Shown: positions 49,116-60,149, counted from the first letter of the stretch. The stretch is DNA of 64,000 nucleotides from Acidobacteriota bacterium (GCA_965205505.1 CBDBHB010000009.1:192001-256000), one strand, 5' to 3'. The notes: a model not told the origin generated them from the letters alone. Program-made: numbers and translations.

Positions 49116-49654
49116 TGGGCGGTTTCTTTCAGCCTCGCGGCGAACTGCTTGCGCAGCTTGGCGAGCTTTGGGCCGATCACCACCTGGCAGTACCGCATAC
49201 CGGTGTTCCGCGCGTAGTAGTCGTGGTGGTAGGTCTCGGCGGCGTAGAACGTGTCGAGGGGTGCCACCTCGGTAACGATTGGCTGCGGGAAGACGCGCTC
49301 GGCTTCGAGTCGAGCGATGATCTCCGTCGCCAGCTCACCTTGCTCCGGGGTCTCGTAATAGATCGCCGACCGATACTGGGTGCCGACGTCGGCCCCCTGC
49401 CGGTTGAGGGTCGTCGGATCGTGGAGGCCGAAGAAGACCTCGAGGATCTCGCCGTAGGAGATGATCTCGGGGTCGAACTCGACGCGGATGACCTCGGCGT
49501 GGTTCGTGGATCCGGCGCAGACCTCCTCGTAGGTCGGGTCCTCAGTGTGGCCGCCAGCGTACCCCGACGTAACTGCCTCGACGCCCGAAAGCTCGCTGTA
49601 CACGGCCTCCAGGCACCAGAAGCAACCACCACCCAACGTCGTCGTTTCATTCAT
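49112..49654 (-). CDS. msrA: Peptide methionine sulfoxide reductase A
   Basis: GGGCFWC, SGYAGG, HAE, HDPTTLNRQG, QYRS, AETYHHDY. Confidence 0.95.
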   Translation of the reverse strand: MNETTTLGGGCFWCLEAVYSELSGVEAVTSGYAGGHTEDPTYEEVCAGSTNHAEVIRVEFDPEIISYGEILEVFFGLHDPTTLNRQGADVGTQYRSAIYYETPEQGELATEIIARLEAERVFPQPIVTEVAPLDTFYAAETYHHDYYARNTGMRYCQVVIGPKLAKLRKQFAARLKETAH

Positions 49655-49798
49655 GCTGTCAGGGTATCCGGTCCAGTGGCCGCAGTCTGCCTGTGGGCGA
49701 GTTCCTTTTCCCGCGGTGTGCAAGTTTGGTGCGTTGGTGCGTCTCAGGGTTGGTTCAGGACACTTCGACCCCCTCACCCGCACAACAGGAGACACACC

Positions 49799-52162
49799 AT
49801 GGCTCCCTTAGCTGGCACGTCACTGCGCCGGAAACAGTCAACCTGCCGCGTTTGGCGCCCGGCGCTCGTCGTGCTTCCGGCGCTCCTCGGAGCCGCCGTC
49901 GCCTCGCCAGCGACGATCCAGTCGGGCGGGCCCGGCGACGTTTCGATGCTGTTCGCGGCTCGAGTAGCAACGCCGATCCGCCTGGTAGTCGATCCGATGG
50001 TCGAGCGCGTGCGCAGCGAGGTCACCATCCGTATCGACGCGCGCACTCGTCTTGCCAGCTTCGAGGTGCTCGAAGAGTTCCGCAACAACGCCGGTCGCGT
50101 TCTCGAGGGCGATTACCTGTACGCGATTCCGCGCGGTGCGGTGTTTCACAATCTGTCCCTGTTCGCTGGCGAGAACGAGATGCGGGGCGAGATGCTGCAG
50201 GCCGAGCAGGCGCGGGCGATCTACGAGGAGATCGTACGAAAGCGTCGCGATCCGGCGCTCGTCGAGCTCGCCGGCCGCGATCTGATCCGCGCCCGCGTGT
50301 TTCCGATCGAGCCGGGCGATACGCGCCGCATCATCCTGCGCTATGCGCAGGTGCTGCCGCTGCTCGGCGACGCGCTGCGCATGCAGTTCCCGCGTACGGC
50401 CAGCGTGATGGATCTGCGCGGCGACGGCCCCCAGGGATTTCCGGAGCCTCGGGCGGATATCCGACGCGCAACGCCAACCGCCCCGGCTCTGGCATCGGCG
50501 GTGCACGTGCGCATAGAGCACGCCTCGATGTTGGGCACCCCGTATTCGCCGACCGATGCGATCGATGTTGTTCGTCGCGACGGCAGCCTGGTCGAGGTGC
50601 GCCTGCTCGAAAATGAGCGTCGTCCCGGTCGTGCCGCCTTCGAGCTGCTGCTGCCGCGGCTCGGCTCCACCATCGGCGCCAGCCTGCTGGCGCATGCTCC
50701 GGATCCCGGCAGCGAGGACGGCTATTTCCTGCTGCTGCTCAATCCGCCGGCGGCAGACACCACGGAGACCATCGCTCGCGACGTGTCGCTCGTGCTCGAC
50801 GTGTCGGGATCGATGGCGGGCCACAAGATCGAACAGGCGCGCTCGGCTCTCGAGCAGCTGCTACGCGGCCTGCGCCTGCACGACCGCTTCCGCTTGATCA
50901 CCTTCTCCAGTGCGGTGCGCTCGTACGAGCCGACTTACGTGTCGGCCAGTCCCGAGAATATCGCGCTCGCCATCGAGTACCTGCGCCGCGTACCGGCGGA
51001 TGGCAGCACCAACATCGATGGTGCGCTGCGCGCGGCGCTGGAGCCACAAGTGGCCGAGGGCCGGTTGTCGATGGTGCTGTTTCTCACCGACGGCCTGCCG
51101 ACAGTGGGCGAGACCGACCCGGTGCGGATCAGCGCCGCGGCGGAGCAGCTACGAGACGGCGAGAGAGTGTTTGCGTTCGGTGTGGGCGACGATGTGAACA
51201 CCTACCTGCTTGATCGTCTGGTGGAAGCCGGCCGAGGCACCGTCGACTATGTGCGCGCGGGCGAGAACGTCGAGAGCGCGGTTGCCGCGCTCGGCCGGCG
51301 AATCGGTGCCCCGGTATTGTCGGATCTGCGTATTGTCTCGGCACCGGCTACCATCGAAGACCTTCACCCGACTCCGCTGCCCGACTTGTTCCACGGTCAG
51401 GAGCTCGTGGTTACCGGCCGCTATCGCGGTGGCGGTGTCGGTAGCTTGGTGCTCGAGGGCGAGCGTGCCGGCAGGCGCGAGCGGTTCGCGTTCGACGTCG
51501 ACTTTCCACATCGGCAGCGCGACAACGAGTACGTGGCGCGGCTCTGGGCGTCGCGGAAGGTCGGCGCGCTGACCGCACAGTTGCGCCTGCACGGCCCGGA
51601 TCGTGAGCTGATCGAGGAGATCCGTACGCTGGGTCTGCGATACGGCGTGCTCACCGAGTACACTTCCTATCTGGTGCAGGAGCCCCATTTGGCCGATGAT
51701 CGCGAGGAAGCACAGCGTCGCGCCCGGCGTTTGGCTCGGCCCCCAGCCGAGCAGACCGGCGAGACGGCCCTGCGCCAGGCGCTGGTCAGCAGCCGATTGC
51801 GCGCTGCGGCGTCGGTGAGCGAGGCCGATGAAGTCATGGCGGCCGCACCGCTGGTGGGCGGTCGGGCGAGCAAAGCGTCGAGCTGGCGGCGGGCCGGGAG
51901 GCGGCTGTTCGTCGAAACCTCCGATGGATTGCGCGACGTGCGCGCCGACTCCGGGTTGCCGGCGATCAGCGTAGCGTCGTACAGCCACGATTGGTTCGAG
52001 TTGCAGCGACAGTTTCCCGGTCTGAAGCACGCCTTGGCGTTGGGTGAGAGCGTTATCATCGCGGGTGAGGGGTTGGTGCTTCGCATCGAGTCGGGCGGTG
52101 CCCCACTGGGTGTGGCCGACTGGTCGTTGCTGCGCCGCGCCTTTGCAGCCGAAGCTCGATAG
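49799..52162 (+). CDS. Secreted VIT + vWA domain protein
   Basis: AGGAG RBS and ATG at 49799; AxxIYEEIVR..RDPAL, MIDAS DVSGSM, FLTDG, FGVG, RLWA. Confidence 0.88.
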   Translation: MAPLAGTSLRRKQSTCRVWRPALVVLPALLGAAVASPATIQSGGPGDVSMLFAARVATPIRLVVDPMVERVRSEVTIRIDARTRLASFEVLEEFRNNAGRVLEGDYLYAIPRGAVFHNLSLFAGENEMRGEMLQAEQARAIYEEIVRKRRDPALVELAGRDLIRARVFPIEPGDTRRIILRYAQVLPLLGDALRMQFPRTASVMDLRGDGPQGFPEPRADIRRATPTAPALASAVHVRIEHASMLGTPYSPTDAIDVVRRDGSLVEVRLLENERRPGRAAFELLLPRLGSTIGASLLAHAPDPGSEDGYFLLLLNPPAADTTETIARDVSLVLDVSGSMAGHKIEQARSALEQLLRGLRLHDRFRLITFSSAVRSYEPTYVSASPENIALAIEYLRRVPADGSTNIDGALRAALEPQVAEGRLSMVLFLTDGLPTVGETDPVRISAAAEQLRDGERVFAFGVGDDVNTYLLDRLVEAGRGTVDYVRAGENVESAVAALGRRIGAPVLSDLRIVSAPATIEDLHPTPLPDLFHGQELVVTGRYRGGGVGSLVLEGERAGRRERFAFDVDFPHRQRDNEYVARLWASRKVGALTAQLRLHGPDRELIEEIRTLGLRYGVLTEYTSYLVQEPHLADDREEAQRRARRLARPPAEQTGETALRQALVSSRLRAAASVSEADEVMAAAPLVGGRASKASSWRRAGRRLFVETSDGLRDVRADSGLPAISVASYSHDWFELQRQFPGLKHALALGESVIIAGEGLVLRIESGGAPLGVADWSLLRRAFAAEAR

Positions 52163-52220
52163 CCGGAGTTGGGGTGCCGGGAGCCCGCCAGTCGGGCCCC
52201 TGGCGACCCAGGAGCAACGC

Positions 52221-52721
52221 GTGGATCTGGAACAGGTCTACAAGGAGCAGTACGGCCCCCTGGTCGGGTTCATCAACCGCAGGCTGGGGGACCTTGCGCG
52301 CTCCGAGGAACTGGCTCAGGAGGCCTTTGTGCGCGCCATCCGCAATCGACCCAACAACCCGCGAAGTTGGCTCTACACCGTGGCGGCCAACCTGGTGCGC
52401 GACGAGGGGCGGCGCATCGCGGTGCGGCGACACCACCTGCGCCTGGTGGTGTCATCGGTGACCGACGAGGCGGCCGCCGACGAGGAACTGGTGCGGCGAC
52501 AGCGACAGGAACGGATTCAAGCTGCGCTCGCCGAGCTTTCTGAGCACGACCGGCATGCACTGATGCTCAAGGAAGAGGGTTTCTCGTACGACGAGATTGC
52601 AGAGCGGCTTGGTCTGTCAGCGGGGTCGATGGGCACGACGCTCGCACGAGCGCGTAAACGACTGTCAGAGGCGTGGGATCGTCAACAACAACAACGAGGA
52701 GCGAGCGATGCCGCACGTTGA
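52221..52721 (+). CDS. ECF sigma factor
   Basis: EELAQEAF, SWLYTVAAN, GFSYDEIAERLG, LARARKRL. Confidence 0.9.
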   Translation: MDLEQVYKEQYGPLVGFINRRLGDLARSEELAQEAFVRAIRNRPNNPRSWLYTVAANLVRDEGRRIAVRRHHLRLVVSSVTDEAAADEELVRRQRQERIQAALAELSEHDRHALMLKEEGFSYDEIAERLGLSAGSMGTTLARARKRLSEAWDRQQQQRGASDAAR

Positions 52722-54039
52722 CGAGGGAGGGATGCATGCCTACCTGGACGGCGAGTGCACGGCGGCCGAGCGCATCGCGTTGGAGGACCACCTGCGTGGG
52801 TGCGAATCGTGTCGCTCGTTGATTGAGGACGCCGCCGCAACCAGGTCGCTAGCCGCGCAGCTGGTGGGCGAGCTGGCGCCCGAGGTGGATGCACCCGGGT
52901 GGCATGAGATGCTCGATCGGGCCGGGCAAAGCGCCTTGCAGGCACCGCGATCACCGCGCACCTGGCGGCGTGATCTCGCCTGGGCGGCAACGCTAGTGAT
53001 GGCCTTCGGGCTCGGTTGGCAGGCCAACCGAGAGTTCGCGCCCGGGGCGTCGAATCGGCCAGGGGAGATTCGCCTGGCCGAACCGGCGCAGAAGCAGGGC
53101 GCGGAGCTCACCGAAGGCACCTTGGCGCCGCCCACCAGCGCAGTCGGGCCGGCGCCCGACGACCGCTTCGAACGGTCGTCGCGGGTGAACGAACCCGCGC
53201 CGTCGCTAGCCGCCGTGGCTGACGAGGCGGCCGACGACATCGCCGCCGCGCAGCCAGCCCGCCGCGCAGAGCGGGCCGCAGCGCCCGAGCCGCTGTCAGC
53301 AGCGGCTCGATCCGTAGTTGGTGCCGAGGAAGGTCTGCGCGCCGCCGCTCGCCCAGACGAGTCTGTCTCGGGCGAGGTGCGTGGCGGTGCCCTGGTAGCG
53401 GAGCTCCAGGAACGGAGACTCGCGCTGGCAGACCGCGAGGAAGATCGACTCGCGGCGGGGCGCCTGCCGGCACCACCACAAGCGATCGCCTCCGCGGGTA
53501 TCGCTCGGCCCCCGTCGGAGGCCGAAGCGGCCGTTGCCGTTCGCGATTTTCGTGCGAGCGACGAACTGGCCTCGAGGAACGAGCTGACCGCGAGCAGCGA
53601 GCTGGCCGCAATTGACGCGCTGGCCGCCGAGGACTGGCTCGGCGCCCCACCTTTGCAGCTGGTCGGCACCGGCACGGTGGACGTGTCAGTGGGTCCCGGG
53701 GGCGGGCTCCCCGACGCGGCTCGTGGTCGCCCGGTGTTGCGGTATCGCTATGTGCTCGAAGGCGGTGCTCAGGTCACGCTGTTGCAGCAGTACGTAGGAT
53801 CGATGGCCGACGAGGCGGCAGATCTCGATGTCGTGGATGCGTCTGAGGAATTCCGTCAGCTCGAGGCTCCGCGACGCCAGGGCTGGCGCGCCAGCTCTAG
53901 CCTGGAAGACGCCGTGTTCAGTGTTCACCCGGATGGCGACTACATGCTGCGCTGGCAGGATCGGCTCGGCTACCTGGTGTGGCTGCGCGGCGATACCGAC
54001 GAGGCCAGTCTGCGTCGACTGGCTGCCGCAGTGCGCTAG
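52708..54039 (+). CDS. Zinc-finger (zf-HC2) transmembrane anti-sigma factor
   Basis: HLRGCESC, one TM segment ([15 protein letters not shown]), long low-complexity periplasmic region. Confidence 0.85.
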   Translation: MPHVDEGGMHAYLDGECTAAERIALEDHLRGCESCRSLIEDAAATRSLAAQLVGELAPEVDAPGWHEMLDRAGQSALQAPRSPRTWRRDLAWAATLVMAFGLGWQANREFAPGASNRPGEIRLAEPAQKQGAELTEGTLAPPTSAVGPAPDDRFERSSRVNEPAPSLAAVADEAADDIAAAQPARRAERAAAPEPLSAAARSVVGAEEGLRAAARPDESVSGEVRGGALVAELQERRLALADREEDRLAAGRLPAPPQAIASAGIARPPSEAEAAVAVRDFRASDELASRNELTASSELAAIDALAAEDWLGAPPLQLVGTGTVDVSVGPGGGLPDAARGRPVLRYRYVLEGGAQVTLLQQYVGSMADEAADLDVVDASEEFRQLEAPRRQGWRASSSLEDAVFSVHPDGDYMLRWQDRLGYLVWLRGDTDEASLRRLAAAVR

Positions 54040-54041
54040 CG

Positions 54042-54472
54042 CGCTGGCGACGACCATCGGCGGCGGCATGGGCCTGTTGCTGATTCTCGTCGTGATGCTG
54101 CGGGGCGGAGATCCCGCCGCGCTGCTTACCTTGCTGACCGGTGAGACGGGCGCCGCCACGACGCCGGCATCGCCGCCGACCGGCGGCGACGACGAAGTGG
54201 GTGACTTCGTTGCCCATGTGCGCGGCGATACCGAGGTCGCCTGGGGCGTTTGTTCGCCCGCTCCGGAGAGCGCTACCCGGCGCCGACCCTGGTGCTCTAC
54301 AACGATTCAGTGCAGTCGGCCTGCGGCTTCAGCAGCGCCGCTACGGGTCCCTTCTACTTGTCCCGGTGATCAGAAGGTGTACCTCGACCTGTCGTTTCTG
54401 CGCGAGCTGCAGCGCCTCGGTGCGCCCGGCGATTTCGCCTTCGCCTACGTCATCGCTCACGAGGTCTGCTAG
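54042..54472 (+). pseudogene. YpfJ-like neutral zinc metallopeptidase remnant
   Basis: SACG..ATGPFY and [24 protein letters not shown] split across frames; truncated at both ends. Confidence 0.8.
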
Positions 54473-54477
54473 GACGT

Positions 54478-54810
54478 CTAGCGTCGATAGTTGGCGCCCA
54501 CGATCCCGGCAAGCAGCCACAAGAGCCCGTAGAACGCGTCGTGAAGGAACCCGCCTCCGAGCGAGCCGACGAACGTCGGCACGGCGAACGCCAGACCCCA
54601 CAGCCAACGTGGCGCGCTCAGCCTCACCGACAAGAACTGCGCCATCCCTAGGGCGACGACCGCGATGACGACTGCGATCGCGAGCTCGACCAGCACTCCG
54701 ATCAGGTGCGCGATGCCGAGGAGCGAGTGGGCTAACGCGCCGAACAGCAACAGCACCACTACCCCGAGTACGGTAACGAGCGCCCCCTGCGAGCGCTGTG
54801 GTGCGGTCAT
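54478..54810 (-). CDS. Hypothetical membrane protein
   Basis: GGAG RBS; hydrophobic segments. Confidence 0.55.
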   Translation of the reverse strand: MTAPQRSQGALVTVLGVVVLLLFGALAHSLLGIAHLIGVLVELAIAVVIAVVALGMAQFLSVRLSAPRWLWGLAFAVPTFVGSLGGGFLHDAFYGLLWLLAGIVGANYRR

Positions 54811-54893
54811 GTGGCTCCATCGCGTCGGTGTTTCAGGTTGTCAGCAGTGTACCCCTCGCCGCGCTGGCTCTGAACCCGCTTGGTTCGCGGTAT

Positions 54894-55008
54894 CTAGTGC
54901 AAGTGTCTCTAACTTGGCCTTACCACGATTGACCTTCTGGATGATGTCCTCGGCGCAGGCCGTCCATACGAAGGGCTTGGGGTTGTCGTTGGTGTGCTGG
55001 ACGTAGTG
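54894..55008 (-). mobile_element. IS630 family transposase 3' end remnant
   Basis: Hand translation HTNDNPKPFVWTACAEDIIQKV; ends gagacacttgcactag. Confidence 0.75.
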
Positions 55009-55035
55009 TCAGGCCGCCTTCCATCTGGCCCCAAC

Positions 55036-55078
55036 TCGCCGTAACCAGACCCACCACACTTTCACCACGGCCTGCTAG
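55036..55078 (-). repeat. Solo copy of the MITE left-type end
   Basis: Reverse complement ctagcaggccgtggtgaaagtgtggtgggtctggttacggcga matches 11682-11724. Confidence 0.85.
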
Positions 55079-55207
55079 AGTCATGACCTCTTCCGCTTCA
55101 TCTGTCCTCCTGCTTGGAGGACGACGGTACACCGATTTCCTAAACATCAACCTGGCACCGTTTTCGGGGTTTGGGTCAATCGGGTCCGGCGCTATAACTC
55201 TGCAACC

Positions 55208-56707
55208 ATGACAAGACTCGGGATCTGCCTGGTCGTCGTATCGTTAGCGCTCGTGTCGCCATCGGGTAACGTCACTGGACAGCACGCTGGCCGCCACCGC
55301 CTGATCGGAACCGGTGAGCTGATCGCCCCGGACGGTCGGGGACGATGGCAGGGGTTCACGTCGGAGCTGTCGCCCGAACAGCGTGCGGTGCTCAGCTCCG
55401 ACATCACCGCGGCCGAGTACGCGAGGGTCCACGCTGCGCTCGACGCGTACGAGCGCACCTACGGGTTGCCGCCGGCAACCAAAACTGACATCTCGACCCG
55501 CTACCCCTTTTACCCGCAGGCCGGGGTGCACGAAGGCGACCTGTTCTTTTCTGGCTTCGTCGACCTGGACCCGACTCAAGGAGATGCCGCCATCTTGGAT
55601 TGGAATTGCACCGACTACACCTATGATGGGCACCAGGGACACGACTCTGACGTGCGGAGCTTCGCGTTCCAGGACATCGGGGTGCCGATCTACGCCGCGC
55701 TGGACGGACGCGTGGTCGCTGCTCAGGACGGTAATCCCGACCGCTCGACGACGCTGACGTACAAGCCCGCCAACTACGTCATCATCAGCCACGGAGGCGG
55801 TCAGCTGTCGCTGTACTGGCACATGCGCAAAGGCAGCGTCGCGGTCAAGATGGGCGATGACGTCGTGGCCGGGCAGAGCATCGGCATGACGGCCTCGAGC
55901 GGCTACAGTACCGGACCGCACCTGCACTTCGAGACCTGGGTGAAGCGGTTTGTCATCGAGCCGTTCGCAGGCCGCTGCAACCCGGGCGCCAGCGGCTTCG
56001 TCAAGCAGCTCAAGTTCAAGCGCAACACCTACCTGTTCGACGCCGGGATCACCCACGAAGAGCTCCGTACGCTAACCGATGACGAGCTGCCGCCCGAGCA
56101 ACTGCCCTCGTCGGGCCAGTTTCAGACCGACGATGAGTGCCTCTACATCTGGTTCCTGCTGCAGAACCTACCGGCTAACAGCATCCAGCGGGTGGTGTTC
56201 CGGCGGCCCAACAACTCCGTCGCGTTCGACACTGGCGCGCGTAAGCTCGGCAACATCGAGTTTTCCCACCAAAGCTGGTGGAGGCAGCGCTGGATCGTCA
56301 ACGGCATGCGCGTCTTCACCGGCACCTGGAAACTCGAGCTGCACGTCAACGGCAAGAAGCTCGCCACGATGCCCTATGAGGTCATGACCAAGCGGGATCC
56401 CGAACTGAACCGGGCGCCGGTGGCGCTCAAGAGGGTCAGGTTTCGCAACAAGCCGAAGGCCCGCAGAGTGCCGTTGTGCGAGATCAAGTACCCGCTGGTG
56501 ACCGACGACCCCGACTACGACGTCGTCTCGTACCAGTACGTATGGAAAGTAGACGGCAGGGTCGTACGCGACGTCACCATCGCAGCGCACTCCGACGCCC
56601 TCGCCACCGACCTGTTCACCAAGGGCGACCGCCTAGAGTGCACCGTGACGCCGACGGTCGGCGATCTGCAGGCGGCCAGCAAGTCGGTCCGCTCCAAGGT
56701 GAGGTAG
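55208..56707 (+). CDS. Secreted M23 family metallopeptidase with C-terminal beta-rich domains
   Basis: YDGHQGHD, YWHMRKGS, STGPHLHFE. Confidence 0.85.
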   Translation: MTRLGICLVVVSLALVSPSGNVTGQHAGRHRLIGTGELIAPDGRGRWQGFTSELSPEQRAVLSSDITAAEYARVHAALDAYERTYGLPPATKTDISTRYPFYPQAGVHEGDLFFSGFVDLDPTQGDAAILDWNCTDYTYDGHQGHDSDVRSFAFQDIGVPIYAALDGRVVAAQDGNPDRSTTLTYKPANYVIISHGGGQLSLYWHMRKGSVAVKMGDDVVAGQSIGMTASSGYSTGPHLHFETWVKRFVIEPFAGRCNPGASGFVKQLKFKRNTYLFDAGITHEELRTLTDDELPPEQLPSSGQFQTDDECLYIWFLLQNLPANSIQRVVFRRPNNSVAFDTGARKLGNIEFSHQSWWRQRWIVNGMRVFTGTWKLELHVNGKKLATMPYEVMTKRDPELNRAPVALKRVRFRNKPKARRVPLCEIKYPLVTDDPDYDVVSYQYVWKVDGRVVRDVTIAAHSDALATDLFTKGDRLECTVTPTVGDLQAASKSVRSKVR

Positions 56708-56961
56708 GCGAATGCGCGAAGGGTAACGCGTCCTGAAGCGAAATCCTCTGGGAGCAACCCGCGGCCAGAAAGAAGGCGGGAGGAACCGTCGACGAAAGAA
56801 GATTACCTCGGAGAATCGCACCAGGCCTCAGCCCTGTTGACACCGGACCAGCGCCGAAATGTTAGATGGATGTTAGATCGTTGAACGTTCAGCTTGGAAC
56901 GTGAGCGTCGAGATCCGGCCTTTTGTCGGTTGGATCTCCTTTGTACAGAGCATCTTACGGG

Positions 56962-57018
56962 TAGTACCCAAGGAGGGACTTGAACCCCCACGGGCTTGCG
57001 CCCACTAGGTCCTGAACC
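56962..57018 (-). other. 3' half of tRNA-Leu(CAG); att-site duplication at an island boundary
   Basis: GGTTCAGGACCTAGTGGGCGCAAGCCCGTGGGGGTTCAAGTCCCTCCTTGGGTACTA: anticodon loop, long variable arm, T arm, 3' acceptor strand; no D arm upstream. Confidence 0.8.
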
Positions 57019-57932
57019 CTGGCGGTCGAATTTTGGCTGCTTCCGCCTCATTGCGTCTCGTCCCCTAACGCTAGCGGTCACAGTCGTTTACGCTGCTGGT
57101 GGAAGTGACGTCGATCCATCTCATTCTGGCTGGTTTCTGCTCGTCCTGTTACATCCGTGTTACCTAGGCGCGGCTCAGCGGAGCGCGTCAAGCCCGCTGC
57201 CGATGGCGACTCGGAGACTAGGCCTCACGTTGCGGAAGTTCGCCGTGCCTGCCAGCGAGAGGGGTGGAGCGGTGAAACCGAACCCAAGAAAAAACCGACC
57301 GATGACGGACATGCAAAGCAACTACGATCTTGAGTACTAAAAGCAGAAAACCGAAACCGACTCTGCGGAGCTGTCCGAGCTAGACTCCGGGGCTGACGGT
57401 TGGAAGGAGAAGCACGATCAGACCGTGAAAGCGGTGGAATGAGCTCACCGGCTTCCCCACGAAAAAACTATTCGAGAGGCTACGTCCAGAGTCTCTTCGG
57501 AGCGGATCTAGTGGCCGATTTCGGAGCGTACGCTGCCGAGATTTGGCAGAATCTACGCTGCGCACAAGCTCGCTCAGCTTCATGCTGACGCATGGGAATC
57601 GCATCCAACTCTGAGCGCGCACGATTCGCGGCCTTGGACATCAGCACTTGCGGTTGCACAGGAACGGCGAAGGTATCTTGCCGGTGGTCGTTCGACCCGG
57701 CGGCTTCGCGTGTAGCCTGTTGTCGGCATCGCGCCCTATGGCGAAGCTTTGACGGAGCACCGGCTCAAGGGGGCCCGCGCTTCGTGCGTTCAGTTGGAGT
57801 TTAACGGTAACGACGGGCGACGGGGGAACCCGAAGCTCACCGCTCGGCCCCCACGTCTTCGGAGAGGGGTGAATGGCATTCACTGGCCATGCGGTTGACA
57901 TCACCTACGATGGTGAGCCTTAGGGGCCGAAA

Positions 57933-58742
57933 ATGGATCCTAGGTCCCTCAAGGGAGGCCAAGTGATAAGTCCACCGAAGCGAGTCTCTGATCGTCTACG
58001 AGTGACCATTTCACGATTCCAGCGTGTCCTCCGTGCCGCCCGAGATCGCGACGTGAACGAGTCCGACACGGTGTTGATCGTGACGGACATGCTCGCCGAC
58101 GTGTTCGGCTTCGACAAATACGCGGAAATCACCAGCGAGCTGGCTATCCGGGGCACCTACTGCGACCTCGCCGTCCGGATCGACGATGTAGTCAACTACC
58201 TTATCGAGGTCAAGGCGATCGGCCTGGGCCTCAAGCAGTCGCACCTCCGGCAGGCCATCGACTATGGTGCCAACCACGGCGTTCCCTGGGTCGTGCTCAC
58301 GAACGGGCTTCGGTGGGAGATCCACCGTGTGCTATTCGAGCGCCCAATCGACCATGAGCTTGTGTGTGAAATCGACTTCCTTGAGCTGCGCCCTAGGAAC
58401 GCTGAAGACCAACAGAAGCTGTTCCTGCTCTGCCGCGAGGGTCTGGCTAAGGCGGCGATCGAGAAATTTCACAAGCACGTGCAGGTAATCAACCGCTTCA
58501 TGGTGGCGGCGATCGTCCGATCCGAGCCGTCGTTGAAGCTTATCCGCCGAGAGCTCCGCCGCGTGGCACCGGACACCAAGACGACAATCACCGAGCTCGC
58601 CGACCTGTTGCCGGAGGTCCTCAAGCGCGACGTGCTAGACGGCGACGAGGCCAAGGCGGCCGCCCGCAAGCTCAAGCGCGCCGCATCGCGCACACTGAGG
58701 AAGGCGACTCAATCTACTACAGTTAGTGAGACTGGCGACTAA
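57933..58742 (+). CDS. Type I restriction enzyme HsdR N-terminal (HSDR_N)-domain nuclease
   Basis: NESDT, E..IRGTYCD, IEVK, QAIDY, VLTNG. Confidence 0.8.
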   Translation: MDPRSLKGGQVISPPKRVSDRLRVTISRFQRVLRAARDRDVNESDTVLIVTDMLADVFGFDKYAEITSELAIRGTYCDLAVRIDDVVNYLIEVKAIGLGLKQSHLRQAIDYGANHGVPWVVLTNGLRWEIHRVLFERPIDHELVCEIDFLELRPRNAEDQQKLFLLCREGLAKAAIEKFHKHVQVINRFMVAAIVRSEPSLKLIRRELRRVAPDTKTTITELADLLPEVLKRDVLDGDEAKAAARKLKRAASRTLRKATQSTTVSETGD

Positions 58743-58790
58743 GCGGCGTTGGCCCAGCATCACTGCACCTCCCCGCCCTCCACTAGCCGG

Positions 58791-59402
58791 CTACGCGTCT
58801 CTCGACAGTCCCGACGCGATCAGACCGGTAGGAACGGCGACAACGCCAATCCCGAGCAGGACGACGATTCCCGTGAGCACCCGTCCTGCCGGTGTTACTG
58901 GGGTCACGTCTCCGTATCCGACCGTCGTCAAAGTGATAACGGACCACCACAGCGCGGCCGGGATGGGGCTGAAGGTGTCTGGTTGCACGTCGCGTTCGGC
59001 GTAGTACAGAGCGACAGCTGAGACGTAGAGCAGCATGCCAGTACCGACCGCGGCGGCAGCGAGTTCGTGGCGCACTGCGAAGACACCTCGTTTCAATCGG
59101 TTGAGCGCTGTTGCCCTCGACGTGAGCTTCAGCAGGCGCAGCAGCTTCAGCACCCCTGCGTCGAGCACCACGGCAAGAAGATCTGCCACGCCAGCTACGC
59201 TCACTACGTAGCGCCACTTCCTACTGCTCATCACGATGCGCAGCGCGTACTCGATCACGAACCAAACCCGCAACACAGCAGCCGTCATGCGTAATAGCGG
59301 TGCCGATTCTCCGACTGGCATCGTGCTCACCGTGAACTCGATCACAGATGCGGAGACGGCGAAAATCACAACTCGTTCGAACCAGATAATCCAACCACTC
59401 AC
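58791..59402 (-). CDS. Potassium channel (ion transport family)
   Basis: WWSVITLTTVGYGD selectivity filter; S4-like KLLRLLK. Confidence 0.88.
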   Translation of the reverse strand: MSGWIIWFERVVIFAVSASVIEFTVSTMPVGESAPLLRMTAAVLRVWFVIEYALRIVMSSRKWRYVVSVAGVADLLAVVLDAGVLKLLRLLKLTSRATALNRLKRGVFAVRHELAAAAVGTGMLLYVSAVALYYAERDVQPDTFSPIPAALWWSVITLTTVGYGDVTPVTPAGRVLTGIVVLLGIGVVAVPTGLIASGLSRDA

Positions 59403-59480
59403 CGCTCCACCCTCTCGTCCTCCGTGGCCGGGTCCTCGTGCACGCAGGTCGCGGCCGGCGCCAGGTTCGAGTGGCCCACG

Positions 59481-60090
59481 CTACCCGCAGTGGCCAAGCC
59501 CGCTCACCTTAGTTAGCGCAGCCACGACCAGGCCAACCCAGCCCAGAAATAGAATCCCAAGAAAACCGAGGCAACCCTCACTGAAGGTCACCTCATGCTT
59601 GCGCTTCTCTCGCAACTCGTCGAGCTTCAGCACGCAGCCGCTCATTCTCGTCCAGCAGGTCCATGACTTGGCGGCCGTCAAGCTGAACGTCCTCGGTCTC
59701 GTAGCCACGACTCCGCGCGGCTTTTTCCCGTCGAATGCGGATCGCCTCGGACTTGAGGCGGCGCTTTACTTCCGGGTCGCGTGATTGCACGTGGACCTCG
59801 ACGCCAAAGCGGCGAAGGTAGCTAGATCCTCATGAACGCAGGGCTGAACAAGAATAACAACATCGTGAAGTTCTTGTGCCTTCTCGAGGAGCTGGAATTG
59901 TCTCGTGACTTGATCAAGTCTGGCTTCGGACATCTTCAAGAAATCGATATGGTGAACGACTTTTATCATTTACCGCATCAGCTCATGGCGAGCGGACTAG
60001 AGCGGTTTATGAAATGCTACATAGTTATGGTCTATGATGGACAAAACGGTTCATACCCAGAAAGCGATTACGTACGCCAATTGACCCACA
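59481..60090. pseudogene. Unassigned gene fragments inside the island
   Basis: Short broken ORFs on both strands; the lower-GC fragment 59832-60090 is fused in frame to the porin ORF. Confidence 0.35.
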
Positions 60091-60149
60091 TCGGATTGGA
60101 TCGAGCGGGCTTTGTCCATACTCGTACATTACACGCGATCGGAGAAAAA

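Noticed and set aside
49115-49798. N-terminal 228 aa of the 1015-aa ORF
   Set aside because: Mostly antisense to msrA; the RBS and signal peptide support a start at 49799
56962-57060. Intact tRNA-Leu gene
   Set aside because: The D arm and 5' acceptor strand are missing and the 3' end reads CTA rather than CCA
57025-57930. Possible ncRNA or gene at the island edge
   Set aside because: Only short broken ORFs and small hairpins; no recognisable family or motif
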